Origin: the human T2T-CHM13v2.0 reference genome, Homo sapiens
Direction: 5' to 3' (one strand)
DNA length: 64,000 bases
Assembly (NCBI RefSeq): GCF_009914755.1
Contig: NC_060948.1
The notes under the pieces are model-generated. The model did not search any database. It was not told where the DNA came from and was given only the letters and a program-made list of their open reading frames with translations. Positions 1-13,600 of this stretch are shown here, piece by piece. Numbering within the stretch: position 1 is the stretch's first letter; each line of letters begins with the position of its first letter. The position numbers were made by a program, and so were the translations under genes.

Positions 1-105
1 GTAATCCAATGGAATAGAATCTAATGCAATAAAATCGACTCAGATAGAGTAGAATGTAATGGAATGGAGTGCAGTGCAATGGAATGGAATGGAATGGAAT
101 GCAAT

Positions 106-150
106 GGAATGGAATGGAATGGAATGGAATGGAATGGAATGGAATGGAAT
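106..150 (+). repeat. Pure (GGAAT)9 tract, variable in copy number between units
   Basis: Perfect pentamers between GCAAT (101-105) and GGGAT (151-155); 5-10 copies in the other units. Confidence 0.9.
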
Positions 151-875
151 GGGATGGAATGGTATGGAATGGGTAGTAATGGACTGGAGTGAAATGGACT
201 GGAAAGGAATGGACTCAAATTGAAAGGGCTCGAAAGGAATGGAGTCAAATGGAATGGTCTGGAATGGAATGAACACGAATGTAATGCAACCCAATAGAAT
301 GGAATCGAATGGCATGGAATAGAAAGAAATGGAATCGAAGAGAATGGAAACAAATGGAATGGAATTGAATGGAATGGGAACGAATGGAGTGAAATTGTAT
401 GCAGTAGAAGAGAATAGAATGGAATGCAAGCGAAAGGAAAGGAATGGATTGGAATGGAATGGAATTCATTGGAATGGAAGGGAATGTAGTGTAATGGACA
501 GGCCTGGAATAAAGTGGAATGCTACGGTCTCGAATGGAATAAAAATGTATGGAATGGAATGCAATGAAACGGAATCGAATGTCATAGAATGTAATGGAAT
601 GCAAAAAAATGGAATCCAAAATCATTGACTGGAAAGGCTGGGTGTCGAAAGGAATTGACTCCAATGGAATGGAATCGAATGGAATGGAAGTGAATAGAAT
701 CGAACTAAATCGAATGGAATGGAATTGATAGGAACGGAATGGAAAGGAATGCAATGATTTGGCATGGAATGGAATCGAATGGCATCGAATGGAATGGAAT
801 GGAATGCAATGGAATGGAATGTATTAGAATGTAATGAACTTTAATGGAATGTACTCGAATGGATTCGACTGGAAT

Positions 876-890
876 GGAATGTTCTGGAAG
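876..890. promoter_or_regulatory. Perfect three-unit heat shock element (HSE-1), repeated in every complete unit
   Basis: gGAAtgTTCtgGAAg matches nGAAnnTTCnnGAAn exactly. The motif is seen in the sequence; binding is inferred. Confidence 0.6.
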
Positions 891-1155
891 TGAATGGACT
901 CCAATGGAATGGATTCAAAAGGAATGGAATCGTACGGAATGGAATCTAATGGAATGCAATTAAATGGAAATGAATCAAATTGAATAGCACGGAATTGAAT
1001 TGAATGGAATGGAATGCAATGGAATCTAATGAAACGGAAAGGAAAGGAATGGAATGGAATGGAATGGGCTGGAATGGAAAGGAATCGAAACGAATGGAAT
1101 GGAATCGAACTGAAGAGACTGGAATGGAATGCACTGGAATGGAAGGGAGTGTAAT

Positions 1156-1170
1156 GGAAGGTTCTCGAAA
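1156..1170. promoter_or_regulatory. Perfect three-unit heat shock element (HSE-2), repeated in every complete unit
   Basis: gGAAggTTCtcGAAa matches nGAAnnTTCnnGAAn exactly. Confidence 0.6.
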
Positions 1171-2195
1171 AAAATGGAATCGAATGGAATGGAATTGAAT
1201 GGAACGGAATAGAGTCGAATGGAATTGAATGGAATGGAATGGACTAGAGTGAAATGGAATCGAACCACAAGGAATGGACAGGAATAGAATGGTCTCGAAT
1301 TGAATGGAATCGTATGGAATGGCATCAAACGGAATGGAATGGACAGCCACGGAATGGAATGCACTCGAATGCAATGGAGTCGAAACTAACGGACTGGAAT
1401 AGAATGGACTCGACTGGTACGGACTCCAATGGAATGGAATCGAATGGAAGGGAATCGAACGGAAGGGAATCGAACGGAATGGACTCGAAGGGAAAAGACT
1501 GCAATGGAAAGGTCTCGAATGGAATGGAAATTAATGGAATGGAATGGAGTCGAATGAAATGGAGTCAAAAGGAATGGAATCGAATGGCAAGAAATCGAAT
1601 GTAATGGAATCGCAAGGAATTGATGTGAACGGAACGGAATGGAATGGAATCCAAAGGAATGGAATAGAATGGAATGGAATCGAATGGAAAGGACTCGAAT
1701 GGAAATCACTCGAATAGAATGCAATTTAATAAAATAGGATCAAATGTAATGGAATGGAATGGAAAGGAATCGAAACGAAAGGAATGGAGACAGATGGAAT
1801 GGAATGGAACAGAGAGCAATGGTATAGAATGGAATGGAATCATCTGGAATGGAATTGAATGGAATGGAATAATATGAAATGGAATGGAATGGAATGGAAT
1901 GGAATGCCCTTGAATTAAATGGACTGGAATGGAATGGACTCAAACAGAGTGGAATGGAAAGTGTGGAGATAGAATGGAATGAACTCCTTTGGAATGGTCT
2001 AGTAGGCAATGCAATCGACTGGCAGGGAATCAAAAGGAATGTAATCGAATGGATTGGACTGGAATGCAATGGACTCGAATAGATTGGAAACGGAATGCAA
2101 AGAATGGAATGGAATAGTATGGAATGGAATGGAAAGGAATGGAGTGGAACAGACTAAAGTGGAATGGAATGGACTGGAAAGCAATGGACTGGAAT

Positions 2196-2210
2196 GGAAC
2201 TTTCTTGAAT
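2196..2210. promoter_or_regulatory. Perfect three-unit heat shock element (HSE-3), polymorphic among units
   Basis: gGAActTTCttGAAt matches the consensus; broken in units 2, 6, 8, 12, 13 and 16 and deleted in unit 14. Confidence 0.5.
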
Positions 2211-3568
2211 GGACTGGAATCAAACGGAATGGAATGCAATGCAATCAAATGGCATGGAATAAAATAGAATGAAAGAGAATCAAATGGAATTGAATCGAAT
2301 GGAATCGAATGGATTGGAAAGGAATAGAATGGAATGGAATGGAATTGACTCAAATGGAATGGACTAGAATGGAATGGATTCGAATGGAAGGCAAAGGAAT
2401 GGAATCTATTGGAATGGACTGTAATGGAATGGAATGGAAGGGATTGGAATGGACTCGAATGGAATGGACTGCAATAGAAAGGATTCGAATGGAATGAAAA
2501 AGAATTGAATGGAATAGAACAGAATGGAATCAAATCGAATGAAATGGAATGGAATAGAAAGGAATGGAATGAAATGGAATGGAAAGGATTCGAATGGAAT
2601 GCAATCGAATGGAATGGAATCGAACGGAATGGAATAAAATGGAAGAAAACTGGCAAGAAATGGAATCGAAATGAATGGAGTGTTATGGAACGGACTCAAA
2701 AGGAATTGAATGTAATAGAATGGAGTGGAGTGGACTCGAATATAATGGACTGGAATGGAATGAAATCACATGGAATGGGAACGAATGGAATGGAATGGAA
2801 AGGAATGGAATCGAATGGAAAGGAATCGAATGGAAGGGAATGAAATTGAATCAACAGGAATGGAAGGGAATAGAATAGACGGTAATGGAATGGACTCGAA
2901 TAGAATGGACACGAATGCTCAAATTGAATGGACTCGAATGGAATGGAAACGAAAGGAATGTCATCGAATGGAATTGAATCGATTGGAATGAAATCGCATA
3001 GAATGGAGTGGAATCAAATGGAATTGAATCGAAAGGAAAGGAAGCGAATGGACTGAAATGAAATGGAATGGAATTGAATGGAAAGTAATGCAATGGAATA
3101 GAATGGAACGAAATTTCACGGAATGGAATCAAACTGAATGGAATCAAATCAATGGAATCAAATCAAATGGAATGGAAAGGAATTGAATGGAGTAGATGGG
3201 ATTGGATGGGATTGGAATGAAATGTACTGAAAAGGACTCGAATTTCATGAAACGGAATGGAATGAATTGGAACGGAATGGACTCGAATGGAATGGAATGT
3301 CATGGGATGGCATCAAATGGAATGGCATCAAATGGAATGGAATCGAATGCAATGGAATGCTATGGAATGGAATGGAATGCATTGGAATGGAATGTCCTCT
3401 AATGGAATGGATTCGAGTGGAATGGAATTGAATATAATGGAGTCGAATGAAATGGAATTGAAAGGAATGGGATCGAATACAATGGAATATACTGGAATGT
3501 AACGTAATGAACTCGAATGTAATTGACTGGAAAGGAATGTACATGAATGGAATGTAATCGAATGGAAA

Positions 3569-6500
3569 GTAATCCAATGGAATAGAATCTAATGCAATAA
3601 AATCGACTCAGATAGAGTAGAATGTAATGGAATGGAGTGCAGTGCAATGGAATGGAATGGAATGGAATGCAATGGAATGGAATGGAATGGAATGGAATGG
3701 AATGGAATGGGATGGAATGGTATGGAATGGATAGTAAAGGACTGGAGTGAAATGGACTGGAAAGGAATGGACTCAAATTGAAAGGGCTCGAAAGGAATGG
3801 AGTCAAATGGAATGGTCTGGAATGGAATGAACACGAATGTAATGCAACCCAATAGAATGGAATCGAATGGCATGGAATAGAAAGAAATGGAATCGAAGAG
3901 AATGGAAACAAATGGAATGGAATTGAATGGAATGGGAACGAATGGAGTGAAATTGTATGCAGTAGAAGAGAATAGAATGGAATGCAAGCGAAAGGAAAGG
4001 AATGGATTGGAATGGAATGGAATTCATTGGAATGGAAGGGAATGTAGTGTAATGGACAGGCCTGGAATAAAGTGGAATGATACGGTCTCGAATGGAATAA
4101 AAATGTATGGAATGGAATGCAATGAAACGGAATCGAATGTCATAGAATGTAATGGAATGCAAAAAAATGGAATCCAAAATCATTGACTGGAAAGGCTGGG
4201 TGTCGAAAGGAATTGACTCCAATGGAATGGAATCGAATGGAATGGAAGTGAATAGAATCGAACTAAATCGAATGGAATGGAATTGATAGGAACGGAATGG
4301 AAAGGAATGCAATGATTTGGCATGGAATGGAATCGAATGGCATCGAATGGAATGGAATGGAATGCAATGGAATGGAATGTATTAGAATGTAATGAACTTT
4401 AATGGAATGTACTCGAATGGATTCGACTGGAATGGAATGTTCTGGAAGTGAATGGACTCCAATGGAATGGATTCAAAAGGAATGGAATCGTACGGAATGG
4501 AATCTAATGGAATGCAATTAAATGGAAATGAATCAAATTGAATAGCACGGAATTGAATTGAATGGAATGGAATGCAATGGAATCTAATGAAACGGAAAGG
4601 AAAGGAATGGAATGGAATGGAATGGGCTGGAATGGAAAGGAATCGAAACGAATGGAATGGAATCGAACTGAAGAGACTGGAATGGAATGCACTGGAATGG
4701 AAGGGAGTGTAATGGAAGGTTCTCGAAAAAAATGGAATCGAATGGAATGCAATTGAATGGAACGGAATAGAGTCGAATGGAATTGAATGGAATGGAATGG
4801 ACTAGAGTGAAATGGAATCGAACCACAAGGAATGGACAGGAATAGAATGGTCTCGAATTGAATGGAATCGTATGGAATGGCATCAAACGGAATGGAATGG
4901 ACAGCCACGGAATGGAATGCACTCGAATGCAATGGAGTCGAAACTAACGGACTGGAATAGAATGGAATCGACTGGTACGGACTCCAATGGAATGGAATCG
5001 AATGGAAGGGAATCGAACGGAAGGGAATCGAACGGAATGGACTCGAAGGGAAAAGACTGCAATGGAAAGGTCTCGAATGGAATGGAAATTAATGGAATGG
5101 AATGGAATCGAATGAAATGGAGTCAAAAGGAATGGAATCGAATGGCAAGAAATCGAATGTAATGGAATCGCAAGGAATTGATGTGAACGGAACGGAATGG
5201 AATGGAATCCAAAGGAATGGAATAGAATGGAATGGAATCGAATGGAAAGGACTCGAATGGAAATCACTCGAATAGAATGCAATTTAATAAAATAGGATCA
5301 AATGTAATGGAATGGAATGGAAAGGAATCGAAACGAAAGGAATGGAGACAGATGGAATGGAATGGAACAGAGAGCAATGGTATAGAATGGAATGGAATCA
5401 TCTGGAATGGAATTGAATGGAATGGAATGATATGAAATGGAATGGAATGGAATGGAATGGAATGCCCTTGAATTAAATGGACTGGACTCGAACAGAGTGG
5501 AATGGAAAGTGTGGAGATAGAATGGAATGAACTCCTTTGGGATGGTCTAGTAGGCAATGCAATCGACTGGCAGGGAATCAAAAGGAATGTAATCGAATGG
5601 ATTGGACTGGAATGCAATGGACTCGAATAGATTGGAAACGGAATGCAAAGAATGGAATGGAATAGTATGGAATGGAATGGAAAGGAATGGAGTGGAATAG
5701 ACTAGAGTGGAATGGAATGGACTGGAAAGCAATGGACTGGAATGGAACTTTGTTGAATGGACTGGAATCAAACGGAATGGAATGCAATGCAATCAAATGG
5801 CATGGAATAAAATAGAATGAAAGAGAATCAAATGGAATTGAATCGAATGGAATCGAATGGATTGGAAAGGAATAGAATGGAATGGAATGGAATTGACTCA
5901 AATGGAATGGACTAGAATGGAATGGATTCGAATGGAAGGCAAAGGAATGGAATCTATTGGAATGGACTGTAATGGAATGGAATGGAAGGGATTGGAATGG
6001 ACTCGAATGGAATGGACTGCAATAGAAAGGATTCGAATGGAATGAAAAAGAATTGAATGGAATAGAACAGAATGGAATCAAATCGAATGAAATGGAATGG
6101 AATAGAAAGGAATGGAATGAAATGGAATGGAAAGGATTCGAATGGAATGCAATCGAATGGAATGGAATCGAACGGAATGGAATAAAATGGAAGAAAACTG
6201 TCAAGAAATGGAATCGAAATGAATGCAGTGTTATGGAACGGACTCAAAAGGAATTGAATGTAATAGAATGGAGTGGAGTGGACTCGAATATAATGGACTG
6301 GAATGGAATGAAATCACATGGAATGGGAACGAATGGAATGGAATGGAAAGGAATGGAATCGAATGGAAAGGAATCGAATGGAAGGGAATGAAATTGAATC
6401 AACAGGAATGGAAGGGAATAGAATAGACGGTAATGGAATGGACTCGAATAGAATGGACACGAATGCTCAAATTAAATGGACTCGAATGGAATGGAAACGA

Positions 6501-7116
6501 AAGGAATGTCATCGAATGGAATTGAATCGATTGGAATGAAATCGCATAGAATGGAGTGGAATCAAATGGAATTGAATCGAAAGGAAAGGAAGCGAATGGA
6601 CTGAAATGAAATGGAATGGAATTGAATGGAAAGTAATGCAATGGAATAGAATGGAACGAAATTTCACGGAATGGAATCAAACTGAATGGAATCAAATCAA
6701 TGGAATCAAATCAAATGGAATGGAAAGGAATTGAATGGAGTAGATGGGATTGGATGGGATTGGAATGAAATGTACTGGAAAGGACTCGAATTTCATGAAA
6801 CGGAATGGAATGAATTGGAACGGAATGGACTCGAATGGAATGGAATGTCATGGGATGGCATCAAATGGAATGGCATCAAATGGAATGGAATCGAATGCAA
6901 TGGAATGCTATGGAATGGAATGGAATGCATTGGAATGGAATGTCCTCTAATGGAATGGATTCGAGTGGAATGGAATTGAATATAATGGAGTCGAATGAAA
7001 TGGAATTGAAAGGAATGGGATCGAATACAATGGAATATACTGGAATGTAACGTAATGAACTCGAATGTAATTGACTGGAATGGAATGTACATGAATGGAA
7101 TGTAATCGAATGGAAA
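3569..7116 (+). repeat. DYZ1 unit 2 (type B, 3548 bp)
   Basis: B markers: GGAATGATACGG (~4080), GGAATCGACTGG (~4967), CTTTGGGATGG (5541), ACTTTGTTGAA (~5752); 7-pentamer pure tract. Confidence 0.92.
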
Positions 7117-10100
7117 GTAATCCAAAGGTATAGAATCTAATGCAATAAAATCGACTCAGATAGAGTAGAATGTAATGGAATGGAGTGCAGTGCAATGGAA
7201 TGGAATGGAATGGAATGCAATGGAATAGAATGGAATGGAATGGAATGGAATGGGATGGAATGGTGTGGAATGGATAGTAATGGACTGGAGTGAAATGGAC
7301 TGGAAAGGAATGGACTCAAATTGAAAGGTCTCGAAAGGAATGGATTCAAATGGAATGGTCTGGAATGGAATGAACACGAATGTAATGCAACCCAATAGAA
7401 TGGAATCGAATGGCATGGAATAGAAAGAAATGGAATCGAAGAGAATGGAAACAAATGGAATGGAATTGAATGGAATGGAATTGAATGGAATGGGAACGAA
7501 TGGAGTGAAATTGTATGCAGTAGAAGAGAATAGAATGGAATGCAAGCGAAAGGAAAGGAATGGATTGGAATGGAATGGAATTCATTGGAATGGAAGGGAA
7601 TGTAGTGTAATGGACAGGCCTGGAATAAAGTGGAATGCTACGGTCTCGAATGGAATAAAAATGTATGGAATGGAATGCAATGAAACGGAATCGAATGTCA
7701 TAGAATGTAATGGAATGCAACAAAATGGAATCCAAAATCATTGACTGGAAAGGCTGGGTGTCGAAAGGAATTGACTCCAATGGAATGGAATCGAATGGAA
7801 TGGAAGTGAATAGAATCGAACTAAATCGAATGGAATGGAATTGATAGGAACGGAATGGAAAGGAATGCAATGATTTGGCATGGAATGGAATCGAATGGCA
7901 TCGAATGGAATGGAATGGAATGCAATGGAATGGAATGTATTAGAATGTAATGAACTTTAATGGAATGTACTCGAATGGATTCGACTGGAATGGAATGTTC
8001 TGGAAGTGAATGGACTCCAATGGAATGGATTCAAAAGGAATGGAATCGTACGGAATGGAATCTAATGGAATGCAATTAAATGGAAATGAATCAAATTGAA
8101 TAGCACGGAATTGAATTGAATGGAATGGAATGCAATGGAATCTAATGAAACGGAAAGGAAAGGAATGGAATGGAATGGAATGGGCTGGAATGGAAAGGAA
8201 TCGAAACGAATGGAATGGAATCGAACTGAAGAGACTGGAATGGAATGCACTGGAATGGAAGGGAGTGTAATGGAAGGTTCTCGAAAAAAATGGAATCGAA
8301 TGGAATGCAATTGAATGGAACGGAATAGATTCGAATGGAATTGAATGGAATGGAATGGACTAGAGTGAAATGGAATCGAACCACAAGGAATGGACAGGAA
8401 TAGAATGGTCTCGAATTGAATGGAATCGTATGGAATGGCATCAAACGGAATGGAATGGACAGCCACGGAATGGAATGCACTCGAATGCAATGGAGTCGAA
8501 ACTAACGGACTGGAATAGAATGGACTCGATTGGTACGGACTCCAATGGAATGGAATCGAATGGAAGGGAATCGAACGGAAGGGAATCGAACGGAATGGAC
8601 TCGAAGGGAAAAGACTGCAATGGAAAGGTCTCGAATGGAATGGAAATTAATGGAATGGAATGGAATCGAATGAAATGGAGTCAAAAGGAATGGAATCGAA
8701 TGGCAAGAAATCGAATGTAATGGAATCGCAAGGAATTGATGTGAATGGAACGGAATGGAATGGAATCCAAAGGAATGGAATAGAATGGAATGGAATCGAA
8801 TGGAAAGGACTCGAATGGAAATCACTCGAATAGAATGCAATTTAATAAAATAGGATCAAATGTAATGGAATGGAATGGAAAGGAATCGAAACGAAAGGAA
8901 TGGAGACAGATGGAATGGAATGGAACAGAGAGCAATGGTATAGAATGGAATGGAATCATCTGGAATGGAATTGAATGGAATGGAATGATATGAAATGGAA
9001 TGGAATGGAATGGAATGGAATGCCCTTGAATTAAATGGACTGGACTCGAACAGAGTGGAATGGAAAGTGTGGAGATAGAATGGAATGAACTCCTTTGGAA
9101 TGGTCTAGTAGGCAATGCAATCGACTGGCAGGGAATCAAAAGGAATGTAATCGAATGGATTGGACTGGAATGCAATGGACTCGAATAGATTGGAAACGGA
9201 ATGCAAAGAATGGAATGGAATAGTATGGAATGGAATGGAAAGGAATGGAGTGGAATAGACTAGAGTGGAATGGAATGGACTGGAAAGCAATGGACTGGAA
9301 TGGAACTTTCTTGAATGGACTGGAATCAAACGGAATGGAATGCAATGCAATCAAATGGCATGGAATAAAATAGAATGAAAGAGAATCAAATGGAATTGAA
9401 TCGAATGGAATCGAATGGATTGGAAAGAATAGAATGGAATGGAATGGAATTGACTCAAATGGAATGGACTAGAATGGAATGGATTCGAATGGAAGGCAAA
9501 GGAATGGAATCTATTGGAATGGACTGTAATGGAATGGAATGGAAGGGATTGGAATGGACTCGAATGGAATGGACTGCAATAGAAAGGATTCGAATGGAAT
9601 GAAAAAGAATTGAATGGAATAAAACAGAATGGAATCAAATCGAATGAAATGGAATGGAATAGAAAGGAATGGAATGAAATGGAATGGAAAGGATTCGAAT
9701 GGAATGCAATCGAATGGAATGGAATCGAACGGAATGGAATAAAATGGAAGAAAACTGGCAAGAAATGGAATCGAAATGAATGGAGTGTTATGGAACGGAC
9801 TCAAAAGGAATTGAATGTAATAGATTGGAGTGGAGTGGACTCGAATATAATGGACTGGAATGGAATGAAATCACATGGAATGGGAACGAATGGAATGGAA
9901 TGGAAAGGAATGGAATCGAATGGAAAGGAATCGAATGGAAGGGAATGAAATTGAATCAACAGGAATGGAAGGGAATAGAATAGACGGTAATGGAATGGAC
10001 TCAAATAGAATGGACACGAATGCTCAAATTGAATGGACTCGAATGGAATGGAAACGAAAGGAATGTCATCGAATGGAATTGAATCGATTGGAATGAAATC

Positions 10101-10673
10101 GCATAGAATGGAGTGGAATCAAATGGAATTGAATCGAAAGGAAAGGAAGCGAATGGACTGAAATGAAATGGAATGGAATTGAATGGAAAGTAATGCAATG
10201 GAATAGAATGGAACGAAATTTCACGGAATGGAATCAAACTGAATGGAATCAAATCAATGGAATCAAATCAAATGGAATGGAAAGGAATTGAATGGAGTAG
10301 ATGGGATTGGATGGGATTGGAATGAAATGTACTGGAAAGGACTCGAATTTCATGAAACGGAATGGAATGAATTGGAACGGAATGGACTCGAATGGAATGG
10401 AATGTCATGGGATGGCATCAAATGGAATGGCATCAAATGGAATGGAATCGAATGCAATGGAATGCTATGGAATGGAATGGAATGCATTGGAATGGAATGT
10501 CCTCTAATGGAATGGATTCGAGTGGAATGGAATTGAATATAATGGAGTCGAATGAAATGGAATTGAAAGGAATGGGATCGAATACAATGGAATATACTGG
10601 AATGTAACGTAATGAACTCGAACGTAATTGACTGGAATGGAATGTACATGAATGGAATGTAATCGAATGGAAA
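7117..10673 (+). repeat. DYZ1 unit 3 (type C, 3557 bp)
   Basis: C markers: TCCAAAGGTATAG, GGTGTGG, doubled GGAATTGAAT, GCAACAAAAT, TAGATTCGA, CTCGATTGGT, AATAAAACAG, TAGATTGGAG, CTCAAATAG; private 1-bp deletion ~9427. Confidence 0.92.
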
Positions 10674-13600
10674 GTAATCCAATGGAATAGAATCTAATGC
10701 AATAAAATCGACTCAGATAGAGTAGAATGTAATGGAATGGAGTGCAGTGCAATGGAATGGAATGGAATGGAATGCAATGGAATGGAATGGAATGGAATGG
10801 AATGGAATGGAATGGAATGGAATGGAATGGGATGGAATGGTATGGAATGGATAGTAATGGACTGGAGTGAAATGGACTGGAAAGGAATGGACTCAAATTG
10901 AAAGGGCTCGAAAGGAATGGAGTCAAATGGAATGGTCTGGAATGGAATGAACACGAATGTAATGCAACCCAATAGAATGGAATCGAATGGCATGGAATAG
11001 AAAGAAATGGAATCGAAGAGAATGGAAACAAATGGAATGGAATTGAATGGAATGGGAACGAATGGAGTGAAATTGTATGCAGTAGAAGAGAATAGAATGG
11101 AATGCAAGCGAAAGGAAAGGAATGGATTGGAATGGAATGGAATTCATTGGAATGGAAGGGAATGTAGTGTAATGGACAGGCCTGGAATAAAGTGGAATGC
11201 TACGGTCTCGAATGGAATAAAAATGTATGGAATGGAATGCAATGAAACGGAATCGAATGTCATAGAATGTAATGGAATGCAAAAAAATGGAATCCAAAAT
11301 CATTGACTGGAAAGGCTGGGTGTCGAAAGGAATTGACTCCAATGGAATGGAATCGAATGGAATGGAAGTGAATAGAATCGAACTAAATCGAATGGAATGG
11401 AATTGATAGGAACGGAATGGAAAGGAATGCAATGATTTGGCATGGAATGGAATCGAATGGCATCGAATGGAATGGAATGGAATGCAATGGAATGGAATGT
11501 ATTAGAATGTAATGAACTTTAATGGAATGTACTCGAATGGATTCGACTGGAATGGAATGTTCTGGAAGTGAATGGACTCCAATGGAATGGATTCAAAAGG
11601 AATGGAATCGTACGGAATGGAATCTAATGGAATGCAATTAAATGGAAATGAATCAAATTGAATAGCACGGAATTGAATTGAATGGAATGGAATGCAATGG
11701 AATCTAATGAAACGGAAAGGAAAGGAATGGAATGGAATGGAATGGGCTGGAATGGAAAGGAATCGAAACGAATGGAATGGAATCGAACTGAAGAGACTGG
11801 AATGGAATGCACTGGAATGGAAGGGAGTGTAATGGAAGGTTCTCGAAAAAAATGGAATCGAATGGAATGCAATTGAATGGAACGGAATAGAGTCGAATGG
11901 AATTGAATGGAATGGAATGGACTAGAGTGAAATGGAATCGAACCACAAGGAATGGACAGGAATAGAATGGTCTCGAATTGAATGGAATCGTATGGAATGG
12001 CATCAAACGGAATGGAATGGACAGCCACGGAATGGAATGCACTCGAATGCAATGGAGTCGAAACTAACGGACTGGAATAGAATGGACTCGACTGGTACGG
12101 ACTCCAATGGAATGGAATCGAATGGAAGGGAATCGAACGGAAGGGAATCGAACGGAATGGACTCGAAGGGAAAAGACTGCAATGGAAAGGTCTCGAATGG
12201 AATGGAAATTAATGGAATGGAATGGAATCGAATGAAATGGAGTCAAAAGGAATGGAATCGAATGGCAAGAAATCGAATGTAATGGAATCGCAAGGAATTG
12301 ATGTGAACGGAACGGAATGGAATGGAATCCAAAGGAATGGAATAGAATGGAATGGAATCGAATGGAAAGGACTCGAATGGAAATCACTCGAATAGAATGC
12401 AATTTAATAAAATAGGATCAAATGTAATGGAATGGAATGGAAAGGAATCGAAACGAAAGGAATGGAGACAGATGGAATGGAATGGAACAGAGAGCAATGG
12501 TATAGAATGGAATGGAATCATCTGGAATGGAATTGAATGGAATGGAATGATATGAAATGGAATGGAATGGAATGGAATGGAATGCCCTTGAATTAAATGG
12601 ACTGGACTCGAACAGAGTGGAATGGAAAGTGTGGAAATAGAATGGAATGAACTCCTTTGGGATGGTCTAGTAGGCAATGCAATCGACTGGCAGGGAATCA
12701 AAAGGAATGTAATCGAATGGATTGGACTGGAATGCAATGGACTCGAATAGATTGGAAACGGAATGCAAAGAATGGAATGGAATAGTATGGAATGGAATGG
12801 AAAGGAATGGAGTGGAATAGACTAGAGTGGAATGGAATGGACTGGAAAGCAATGGACTGGAATGGAACTTTCTTGAATGGACTGGAATCAAACGGAATGG
12901 AATGCAATGCAATCAAATGGCATGGAATAAAATAGAATGAAAGAGAATCAAATGGAATTGAATCGAATGGAATCGAATGGATTGGAAAGGAATAGAATGG
13001 AATGGAATGGAATTGACTCAAATGGAATGGACTAGAATGGAATGGATTCGAATGGAAGGCAAAGGAATGGAATCTATTGGTATGGACTGTAATGGAATGG
13101 AATGGAAGGGATTGGAATGGACTCGAATGGAATGGACTGCAATAGAAAGGATTCGAATGGAATGAAAAAGAATTGAATGGAATAGAACAGAATGGAATCA
13201 AATCGAATGAAATGGAATGGAATAGAAAGGAATGGAATGAAATGGAATGGAAAGGATTCGAATGGAATGCAATCGAATGGAATGGAATCGAACGGAATGG
13301 AATAAAATGGAAGAAAACTGGCAAGAAATGGAATCGAAATGAATGGAGTGTTATGGAACGGACTCAAAAGGAATTGAATGTAATAGATTGGAGTGGAGTG
13401 GACTCGAATATAATGGACTGGAATGGAATGAAATCACATGGAATGGGAACGAATGGAATGGAATGGAAAGGAATGGAATCGAATGGAAAGGAATCGAATG
13501 GAAGGGAATGAAATTGAATCAACAGGAATGGAAGGGAATAGAATAGACGGTAATGGAATGGACTCGAATAGAATGGACACGAATGCTCAAATTGAATGGA

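Larger units (their letters stand above)
1..3568 (+). repeat. DYZ1 unit 1 (type A, 3568 bp)
   Basis: Anchor GTAATCCAATGGAATAGAATCTAATGC at 1, next at 3569. A markers: GGAGTCGAAT (~1549), 10-bp longer GGACTGGAATGGAATGGACTCAAAC (1921-1945), GGAACAGACTAAAGT (2146-2160), GACTGGAAAGG (~3530). Confidence 0.92.

Noticed and set aside
1721-1745. AT-rich island TTTAATAAAATAG and several AATAAA hexamers per unit as a TATA box or polyadenylation signals
   Set aside because: AATAAA arises easily from GGAAT followed by AAAAT. There is no downstream GU/U-rich element or transcript evidence in the sequence.
3191-3215. GATGGGATTGGATGGGATTGG as a G-quadruplex or CCAAT-box pair
   Set aside because: Only two GGG runs are present, and ATTGG is a one-step variant of the pentamer with no supporting context.
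3110-3255. Further HSE-like sites GAAatTTCacGGA (3110-3122) and TTCatGAA (3244-3251)
   Set aside because: Each has only two correctly spaced units, so they were not counted as perfect HSEs.
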